Shown here: one piece after another, positions 1-7,332 of the stretch | Layout: each line of letters starts with the position of its first letter | How positions within the stretch are numbered: position 1 is the first letter of the stretch | NCBI GenBank assembly: GCA_963809485.1 | Contig: CAWEJX010000020.1 | Location: 1 to 64,000, forward strand | Origin: an uncultured Acidobacteriota bacterium | Lineage (GTDB): Bacteria; Acidobacteriota; UBA6911 | DNA: 64,000 bases | Direction of reading: 5' to 3' | Translations under genes and position numbers: made by a program | The notes under the pieces: model-generated | Databases searched by the model: none | What the model saw: only the letters and a program-made list of their open reading frames with translations | Told to the model about the DNA's origin: nothing

Positions 1-636
1 GATTTCGTCGTTCTCGAGCACCGTGGAACGTGGGATCTTTACCGCCCAGAACTCCTCGGCGTTGATCGTTCTCTTCGATGTCACTATCCTGGCATTTAAG
101 GCGACCAGCGCCGGCGCCGTATCGCTTGGATTCACAGCCATGCAGACGGAAACACCCCCGAATATCGAGTGATATCGATTCTCTCCGGCCATGGCGAAGC
201 ACGCTTTGCCGCCTTTCCTGATACAGAAAAACCTGTTGTCGTGGAGCCGGAAATACCAGCAGCGGTTGAGCTGGCAGACGTTGCCGCCGATCGTGCCCAT
301 TTCCCGGATGTGCGGCGAAGCGGTTTTGTGGGCCGCCTCCGACAGCGCTGCCCACTTGCTTTTGACGACACTGCTCTTCGCTATGTCCTCAAGCCTGGTC
401 AGGGCGCCTATCCGCAGCATGCCCTTTTCTTCCTTGATGTAATCCAGGCTCGGCGTAATGGTCTTGAGGTTTACCAGAATCTGAGGATACATTTTATCCG
501 GGAGTACCTCAAACCTCATGGTTCCCACAAGATCGGTGCCCCCGGCAAGTGCCCAGGCATTGGCTGTACGCAGGGCCGACACCGCATCTTCCACCGTCTT
601 GGCATTGACACGGGTGAATTTCTTTACGGTCTTCAT
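1..636 (-). CDS. FAD-binding subunit of xanthine dehydrogenase-family enzyme (PaoB/YagS-like), runs off the window
   Basis: Not in the ORF track. Manual translation from ATG at 636 (GGAG upstream) gives MKTVKKFTRVNAKTVEDAV...ASPHIREMGTIGGNVCQLNRCWYFR...CIRKGGKACFAMAGENRYHSIFGG...PSDTAPALVALNA, the PaoB-type pattern with its Cys-rich 4Fe-4S insert. Confidence 0.9.
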   Translation of the reverse strand, partial: MKTVKKFTRVNAKTVEDAVSALRTANAWALAGGTDLVGTMRFEVLPDKMYPQILVNLKTITPSLDYIKEEKGMLRIGALTRLEDIAKSSVVKSKWAALSEAAHKTASPHIREMGTIGGNVCQLNRCWYFRLHDNRFFCIRKGGKACFAMAGENRYHSIFGGVSVCMAVNPSDTAPALVALNARIVTSKRTINAEEFWAVKIPRSTVLENDEI

Positions 637-650
637 TTTTGTCTAAGCTC

Positions 651-2993
651 CTATGCTTTACCCAGCGCTTTAAGGATCCTGTCCGGGGTGACCGGTTCAA
701 TGTCCACATACTTGCCTATGGCGTTGTATACGGCCGTAGGCATGATGGTGTGGTTGCAGGCGCCGCCGGATTCCCCGATGCCGCAGCTTCCGTAAGGGGC
801 ATACGCCAGACCTGTTTCCACATAGGCGCACTCAATCGACGCGACGTCATTCATCACATTCACCGGATAGCCGATCAGGTTGTCGTTTAGTACCACTCCT
901 GTTTTCGGATCGTGATATACCGTCTCTTTGGTCGACCTCCCAAGACCCATATACGCCCCGCCGTACTGCTGGCCATTAAATGCGTCCGGGTTTACTACTT
1001 TGCCGCCATCGTTCACGCTTACCTGTTTTATTATTTCAATCCCTCCTGTGTCGGGATCCACCTCTATTTCTAAGAAGTGCGCTTGCCGGACCATGTTGTA
1101 CTCCTTCTCCACACCGCCACGCCCTGTGTGACCGGGAGTATAGTCCCATACATACAAATAATAAGTCAGGGCTGCTGCGATTTGCGCCAGTGTCTTTTTG
1201 TTTTCCGGGTGTGCCTTTTCAAAAATTACGCTGTCCTTGATGTCCAATTCCTCAGGCTTTTTATTCGGAAAGAACGCAGGCCTTGAAGGCATCAGATTTC
1301 CCAGTGTTCTGCGCAGCGGGGTTGGCTGGGTTACCATTTCAAGGATCAACTGCTTCATCTTCCGCGCGGCTCTTGCCGCTGCGAGATTACTTCCGCTCAG
1401 CCCCTGGGATCCGCCCCCCGGCTCCGATACAAGACCGTCGCGGCCTTCGAATGGCCTTAAACGTAGATCTTTATAGCTGACTCCCATTTCATCGGACACC
1501 ACCTGGCAGTAGGAGGTCTGTCCACACACCCCTCCATCGCATTGCGTAGCCAGGACATCAACCGTTCCATCGGCGTTCACTCGGATGCCCATGCCGGCAG
1601 TCCCCACCGTATGTGCCCACCCGACGGTCGAGACATAGCCCATCCCGTGATACTTCCCATTGGGCAGAATCTTGGTCCCGGGCAAGTGCCACTTCTTATC
1701 CCACTCCATAATTTTCTTGCCCAGTTCATTCACCTCTTTGAAGCTGTCCCTGGTTGTGTTGAATCCCTGCGGCTTCCTGATGTGTTCGTTGGCATAGGCC
1801 CAGTCGTGGCCTTCGCAGCCCTGGTTTATCTCGGCGATCTTGCTTGGATCCATCCCCAGTTCGCCGGCTACGTGCTCCCATACCTGGGTTACAACTCTGG
1901 TGGCCGAGCAACCATGCTTGAAGCACTGGATGGGTGGCTTTGTATGAACCGCCACATCGCACGTAATGTAGATATTGGGAATCTTGGTGCCTTCGTGTAT
2001 TTTGTTGGTACTGGTTTGTGTAACCCAAGCTTCGTAGCATTTCAGTTGCATGGCGGTGATGCGGCCATCCAGTTTGAATCCTACTTTGAAGTAATAGCGC
2101 GACCGGGCGTCCTCGTCACAGCCCTCGAAGTGACTGTCATCGTCCAGGACCTTTACCGGCCACCCCGTTCGCCTGGCTGCTATCACAGCAACCACTGCTG
2201 TATGGGGGGCCGCGCGAATATTACTCGAACCTCCAAAAAAGGCTCCATTATAGGGCAGATACAGATGGATCTTGTGCACAGGGCTGTATTGTCGCAGAGC
2301 GTCCATCGCGTACAACCAGTTCTGGCCGTGATGCCAAACATCCAGATAGTCTCCCCGGCATTCGGCCACTCCGACATGGCCCTCTACCCCGGCCCACACG
2401 TCCTGATCATCACCCGCTACCCATTCGACTATTTTGTCGGCCTCGGCAAACCCTTTTTCAATATCCCCAAACTTGATAGGACGCTCCCTCGTCTTATTGT
2501 TCGACTTGGGATTTGTGTCCGGGCGCATTATTGGAGCGCCCGGCTTCAACGCTTCCTCTGGGTCCAGGATGACCGGCAGTTCTTCTATCTCGAGTTCTAT
2601 CAGCCGCAATGCCCGGTCGACGATCGCCTCGCTTTCGCCTACCACCACAGCTCCCATCATCCCCGGATACCAGTGGTTCGTGTCGGAGACAAGCGCTTGG
2701 CCTTGATACTTCGGCCAGGTTATCGTGGGATCATCATATCGGAGTACCGCTCGGACTCCGGGGAAAGCGTCGGCCTTGCTGGTATCCAGGCGTTTGATCT
2801 TCGCGTGACCGTAGGGGGATAGAAACTTCGCATAGAGCATCCCCGGACGGTATATATCCCTGGTATACACTGCACTTCCGCTCGCTTTTTCGTAACCATC
2901 CATACGGCGTATGCGGCGTTTCCCGATCACACCGCCTTCCGGCACCGGCCAAAGCCACGGATATAAGGGTTCTCCCTCTTTTAGACCGTACAT
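651..2993 (-). CDS. Xanthine dehydrogenase-family molybdopterin-binding subunit
   Basis: 780 aa. RxDGxxKASG..VYTxD N-terminus, SPYGHAKI, C-terminal EIEVDPDTG, GQQYGG and GIGE (catalytic Glu). Confidence 0.92.
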   Translation of the reverse strand: MYGLKEGEPLYPWLWPVPEGGVIGKRRIRRMDGYEKASGSAVYTRDIYRPGMLYAKFLSPYGHAKIKRLDTSKADAFPGVRAVLRYDDPTITWPKYQGQALVSDTNHWYPGMMGAVVVGESEAIVDRALRLIELEIEELPVILDPEEALKPGAPIMRPDTNPKSNNKTRERPIKFGDIEKGFAEADKIVEWVAGDDQDVWAGVEGHVGVAECRGDYLDVWHHGQNWLYAMDALRQYSPVHKIHLYLPYNGAFFGGSSNIRAAPHTAVVAVIAARRTGWPVKVLDDDSHFEGCDEDARSRYYFKVGFKLDGRITAMQLKCYEAWVTQTSTNKIHEGTKIPNIYITCDVAVHTKPPIQCFKHGCSATRVVTQVWEHVAGELGMDPSKIAEINQGCEGHDWAYANEHIRKPQGFNTTRDSFKEVNELGKKIMEWDKKWHLPGTKILPNGKYHGMGYVSTVGWAHTVGTAGMGIRVNADGTVDVLATQCDGGVCGQTSYCQVVSDEMGVSYKDLRLRPFEGRDGLVSEPGGGSQGLSGSNLAAARAARKMKQLILEMVTQPTPLRRTLGNLMPSRPAFFPNKKPEELDIKDSVIFEKAHPENKKTLAQIAAALTYYLYVWDYTPGHTGRGGVEKEYNMVRQAHFLEIEVDPDTGGIEIIKQVSVNDGGKVVNPDAFNGQQYGGAYMGLGRSTKETVYHDPKTGVVLNDNLIGYPVNVMNDVASIECAYVETGLAYAPYGSCGIGESGGACNHTIMPTAVYNAIGKYVDIEPVTPDRILKALGKA

Positions 2994-3008
2994 TTTCTCA
3001 GCCCTCCT

Positions 3009-3673
3009 CTAGGCGTTCCCAGTGAATTCCTTAACCGCTATTATGTGTTGGGTGTAGGTGCCGCACCGGCATATGTTGCCCCCCAGCGCGTCCCTGATCT
3101 CCGCTTCCGTCGGCTTGGAAATGCGGTCCAGCAGAGCCTTGGCGGTTACCACGAATCCCGGCGTGCAGTAGCCGCACTGCATGCAATGGTTCATGACGTA
3201 AGCCTCGATGAGGGGAGGATGGGTACGGTAACACCTTCGGCCGTCTCGATGGCCATGCCGTCACAATCCGCCGCAAACGTCATGCAGGAAAGCACCGGCC
3301 GCCCGTTCATGATCACCGTGCAGGACCCGCAGGCCCCGTAACCGTTGCACATATCCTTGATGGACAAAAAGCCCAGCTGATCGCGAAGCACATCGCGCAG
3401 CATCCACTCCGGCTCGACCCGAAGCTCATATTTATGCTTGTTCACGGTGAGTTTTATTGTTTGCGCAGCTGCCGAGGCGGCCGGCGCGATGGTACCCGCC
3501 GGAGCGGCGCCGGCTCGTTTCGCTGCCTGGGGATCAGCGGCAACCACAGTGGCGCCCGCCCCTGTGCCGAGAATGGCTACAGAGTTGACCGCAAATTCCC
3601 GGCGGGACATCCGTCCCAATCCCGTTCTGTCATTTTCCTGGGTACTCTTTTTTTCTTCTTCCTCTTTCGACAT
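3009..3673 (-). CDS. 2Fe-2S subunit (PaoA/CoxS-like) with Tat-like leader; one frameshift near 3210-3230
   Basis: ORF 3191..3673 has SRREF and CNGYGACGSCTV. ORF 3009..3194 carries QCGYCTPG and GNICRCGTY in another frame. Confidence 0.88.
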
Positions 3674-3829
3674 TATGCACTCTCCCTGATAACTCCTGCC
3701 TTTTTCCCCCCAAAACCGGATTTATCTCGGCATGCCCGTCTTCTTGTCGTGCCTGCCGGAACTCGATACATCTATTGAGTGGCTTCCAGCGCTACAATGA
3801 ATAATTTCCTGCCCTGCTGGGCTAAATAG

Positions 3830-4181
3830 TTTCTGTCGCGAAATGCGACATCCAGGCCCGGAGGGCCGGCAGAAAATAGCCCCGGGCGTGGGCCCGGGGG
3901 TAGGATTAGGAAATTAGAAAGCCCCGAAGGGGCGACACTAAAACCAATGACCCGAACAAGTGGTGCCGCGCCTTTGGCGCTCAGTTCCTATTCGCCCATA
4001 AGCCCGGCCTGACGGCCGGGTCGAGTGCCCGCCGGCCCTCCGGGCCTAAATTCTGAGTTTCGCGACAGTCCTCCATGCGCCGAGGCGCACCCAAGCGCAT
4101 GAAAATCGGCTTCGCCGACGCTCAATTTGGTGAATGAAGGGTGTAACTGATTCATCAGCTTCGCTATTTTCGGAGCAGAAA
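3830..4181. mobile_element. Non-coding palindromic MITE/REP-like composite element
   Basis: Nested inverted repeats CTGTCGCGAAA (3833) / TTTCGCGACAG (4058) and AGGCCCGGAGGGCCGGC (3854) / GCCGGCCCTCCGGGCCT (4031). Flanked by direct repeat CTAAATAG at 3822 and 4182. Confidence 0.6.
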
Positions 4182-4406
4182 CTAAATAGGCATTCCGTCA
4201 AGTTTTGAAATCCAATAAAACAACATCATCTATAAGCTATGATCATTTGCACCTAACAGCCGAACAGGATTTAGTCTCAAAGATCCCGTCGTTCGCACGG
4301 CACGTTTGAAAGCATGAAGTAGTTCTTTATTACCTGTTCCGCTTTGGCATTGTCAAGACAAATGCCACCTAACATGCAACATTATCCTTGACAGAGCAAA
4401 AATTGA

Positions 4407-5594
4407 GGTGCTTCTGCCGTCGACTGTTGGCAGCGCGACCGTAACTCCCACACATGATATAGTTTGAGACTCAATTCCATGCAATCAGTTCCATCATTGA
4501 CACGGTTCAAAAACAATGAAGAGTCTCAGCTGCCCAAACAGGGAATGTCCACTGGCGGGAAAAGCCGCTTTCGGAAACATCATCGGCCACGGATTCTACA
4601 AAACTAAGTGGGGGCGTCGTCGTCGATATCGTTGCGGCACTTGCGGCAAAACCTTCTGCTCCAATTCCGGCACGCCCTACCATCGACTCCAACACCGTCG
4701 CACAACTTTCGATGAGGTTGCCACTCTCAGTGTTGAGGGCCTGAACAAATCTGCAATTGCACGGGTAAAGCGAATCGCCTGGAATACGGTCGATCGCTGG
4801 CTACAAAAAGCGGCATATTCTTGTCGCCGCTTCAACGATCAAAAGATAGATGGGATCGCCATCTCAGAGCTTCAGGCAGATGAGATTCGCACGATCATCC
4901 GTGACAAGGAACAACCGATTTGGATCTTTGCTGCGATTGAGGTCTGGTCTCGTCTTTGGCCTTCAACCGTTGTTGGAAGGCGAAGCTATCGAAACACACT
5001 CACCCTCTTTCGAGATATCTCCAGTCGATCGAATCTGGAATGTGTTCCTCTAATTGCCACGGACGGATTTGCTTTTTATGCGAAAGTTGTCCGCCGTGTC
5101 TTTGGGCAAGCGTGTCTGTATGGCCAGGTCATTAAGACCCGCAGAAACGATCGTGTTATCAAGGTTGAGCGAAGAGCCGTGATCGGCGCCGCCTGGCGAT
5201 TCGAACAGGCATTGCGCGACTCCGAGGATTCCTCGAAGCTGAATACATCCTTTATCGAACGGCTGAATCTGACGATCCGACAGGGCTCGGCGTATCTTTG
5301 TCGGCGGACGATATGTCAGGCGAGATGGGAGGAGCGACTCGAAGATCATCTCGAGTTACTTCGCTGCCATTACAATTTCGTCAGGCCTCACAGGGCGCTG
5401 AAATTCGGGCACGAGGTCCGGACACCCGCCATGCAGGCCGGATTGGTCTCCAAACGACTCAGCTTCAGGGAGGTATTCGTGGCGGTGCCGGAGAGAATTC
5501 TTTTTGTGATCGTTTTTATTTACGTAAAGGCAGTTTTAAGTAGAGTCAGAGAACAGAAAATGGCAGCGTAACAACAGTAGGTGGCGGAAGGACC
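4407..5594 (+). mobile_element. IS1-family insertion sequence
   Basis: 23-bp terminal inverted repeats beginning GGT (4407-4429 and 5572-5594, 18/23 match) enclosing a DDE transposase. No target-site duplication seen. Confidence 0.8.
4516..5571 (+). CDS. IS1-family transposase (Zn ribbon, HTH, DDE in one frame)
   Basis: CPNxxC...RYRCxxCGKTF zinc ribbon, HTH, then LQADE, TDG, NTSFIERLN and YNFVRPH...RTPAM motifs. Confidence 0.88.
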   Translation: MKSLSCPNRECPLAGKAAFGNIIGHGFYKTKWGRRRRYRCGTCGKTFCSNSGTPYHRLQHRRTTFDEVATLSVEGLNKSAIARVKRIAWNTVDRWLQKAAYSCRRFNDQKIDGIAISELQADEIRTIIRDKEQPIWIFAAIEVWSRLWPSTVVGRRSYRNTLTLFRDISSRSNLECVPLIATDGFAFYAKVVRRVFGQACLYGQVIKTRRNDRVIKVERRAVIGAAWRFEQALRDSEDSSKLNTSFIERLNLTIRQGSAYLCRRTICQARWEERLEDHLELLRCHYNFVRPHRALKFGHEVRTPAMQAGLVSKRLSFREVFVAVPERILFVIVFIYVKAVLSRVREQKMAA

Positions 5595-5681
5595 CAACAT
5601 CCTTTTTGCGGTTGTTACCTTTGTGTTACCTTTTTGCGATTTGGTTTTTTGCTTATGCCCGCTAAGTCTTTTGTTTTCAAG

Positions 5682-5755
5682 TGGGCCCAGCAGGACTCGA
5701 ACCTGCGACCCGCTGATTATGAGTCAGCTGCTCTAACCAACTGAGCTATGGGCCC
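5682..5755 (-). tRNA. tRNA with CAT anticodon, probably tRNA-Ile2 (lysidine type); CCA not encoded
   Basis: Reverse complement GGGCCCATAGCTCAGTTGGTTAGAGCAGCTGACTCATAATCAGCGGGTCGCAGGTTCGAGTCCTGCTGGGCCCA folds as a cloverleaf. Ile2 versus elongator Met is inferred from acceptor and anticodon stems. Confidence 0.92.
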
Positions 5756-5817
5756 TCATTGCATGCGTTAAGGTAGCACGGCTTGCTTATTCAGTAAAGG
5801 TCGAAAGGCCCCGGGCC

Positions 5818-6948
5818 TCACTCGATGGCCGGGAGAGTGATGTTCTCCGGCTCGAAAATAACACGCCGATCTCCGGCTTCGACCTGACCGAGATCGAGGA
5901 GTTCGTATCCCGCCCTTTTCCCCGCTTTAATGGTCCGGTCGACTTCCTTCTCCGGCACGAAAATGTAGAAACCGATTCCCCAATTGAAGGTCGTCAGGCA
6001 GTCCTTCAGGCTGACTCCGGACTCGCGCATAAACAGGAACAAAGGCGGAATCTCGTCCACCCATCTCTTGACGCGATAGGTGAAAGGCCTTTTTGCATAA
6101 GCGATCTTGGAAATTCCTCCTCCCGTCCCGCCCAGCAGCGAGTGGATCTCTATGCCATTTTCAAGCAAAGCCTCTACGAGCCGGACGTAGGAACGCGTGG
6201 GGATAAGAGCCTCTTCTCCCAGGACTTTCCCGTTCGGCATCGGATGAAGGAATCGTTCTTTCAGTGCCAAAGCCTGTTTAATAACCAGCGAAACCCCATT
6301 GGCGTGAATTCCCGACGAAGCAGCCCCAATGATGCGGTCTCCCACGCAGAGCTTCGCTCCCGTGACCATTCGGCTTCGGGGGACGATAATCCCCGTGACA
6401 CAGCCGGACAGGGACGGCGCGCTACGCACGGGCGGTTCGGCTCTGACCAGATATCGGAGGGCGGGAGACTCCCCGGCCGGCAGGGCCATGCCGCACATTT
6501 TGCATGCCTGATAGAAACTCTCTGCCAGGTCGTGGCTCCGCTTTTCGTCCATGAACCACTCGCTGTCTCCGGCCGCCACTTCATCCGTAAAGATCACGGG
6601 AAGCGCTCCCTGGCAGATCACGTCATTGGCCGCCATGAGGGCCGTGTCGATTCCGATGCCTTCGTAATACGTTTTTCCGGTCCCAGCATGCTGATACATC
6701 CACTCGGCGATCCAGTTTTTGTTGCCGAGCCCTTCCTGGGTCATACACCAGTAATGAGGCTTGCCCCCGCAATATCGAAAAACGACACCGTGGGCGCCCA
6801 GGCTTTCCGCTTCGACCTGAACCCCGCGCTTGTTCGGGAACTTGAGGGTCCTTTTCCCGGCGCTCACCATCGCCATTTTAAACGGCTCGATCTTGGTGTA
6901 ATCCACTCCCGATTTTGCGTATTCGGATTTCGCTTGTCTTGGTGACAT
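5818..6948 (-). CDS. purM: AIR synthase (phosphoribosylformylglycinamidine cyclo-ligase), divergent type
   Basis: YAKSGVD, MAANDVICQGALP, SSGIHANG and TFNWGIG PurM motifs. Probable start at MSPRQ (6948). Confidence 0.8.
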   Translation of the reverse strand: MSPRQAKSEYAKSGVDYTKIEPFKMAMVSAGKRTLKFPNKRGVQVEAESLGAHGVVFRYCGGKPHYWCMTQEGLGNKNWIAEWMYQHAGTGKTYYEGIGIDTALMAANDVICQGALPVIFTDEVAAGDSEWFMDEKRSHDLAESFYQACKMCGMALPAGESPALRYLVRAEPPVRSAPSLSGCVTGIIVPRSRMVTGAKLCVGDRIIGAASSGIHANGVSLVIKQALALKERFLHPMPNGKVLGEEALIPTRSYVRLVEALLENGIEIHSLLGGTGGGISKIAYAKRPFTYRVKRWVDEIPPLFLFMRESGVSLKDCLTTFNWGIGFYIFVPEKEVDRTIKAGKRAGYELLDLGQVEAGDRRVIFEPENITLPAIE

Positions 6949-7332
6949 CCTGTTATCCATTCGTGACTTCATTCGGTTGAGCTTGAGTGGGGACATCCGG
7001 AATCATGGCCACGGGCTAGTCCTTTTGACCGATCACGCTGCCTCGATCGCAATTATGCCTCCGCCTGCTTCAAGAGCCAGAGTTCCTTTCCTCACGCCAG
7101 CGAGACTTTAATAAATTTGCCCGCATAAGACAATGATGAAAGTCCCCAGGGCAGCCTGTAGTCTCAAAGGCGGCATCGGAAGGCATGGATCGTCAAAAAA
7201 CAACCACGGCTGTCGCTAAGGGCGATCGGCCTTTGCATTTTCGTCCCATCCGGCGGATGGGCCACAGGGCCTGATTAATGCTGCTTGATTCAAGGCGGCA
7301 TTGTATATTAGGGGAGAAAGGAAAGACGATTT

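Noticed and set aside
3191-3240. Programmed frameshift or recoding in the 2Fe-2S gene and in the 36-42 kb genes
   Set aside because: No consistent slippery site or stimulatory structure; indel error is simpler.
4345-4367. Sigma-54 promoter or operator at GGCATTGTCAAGACAAATGCC
   Set aside because: A palindrome is present, but the -12 element reads TTGA rather than TTGC and it is far from the operon start; not supportable.
6950-7330. Possible ZMP/ZTP (pfl) riboswitch between purM and the GRE
   Set aside because: The context is suggestive, but the GACTGGCG...CGCCTGGG consensus was not found on either strand; only a short CCCATCC/GGATGGG hairpin.
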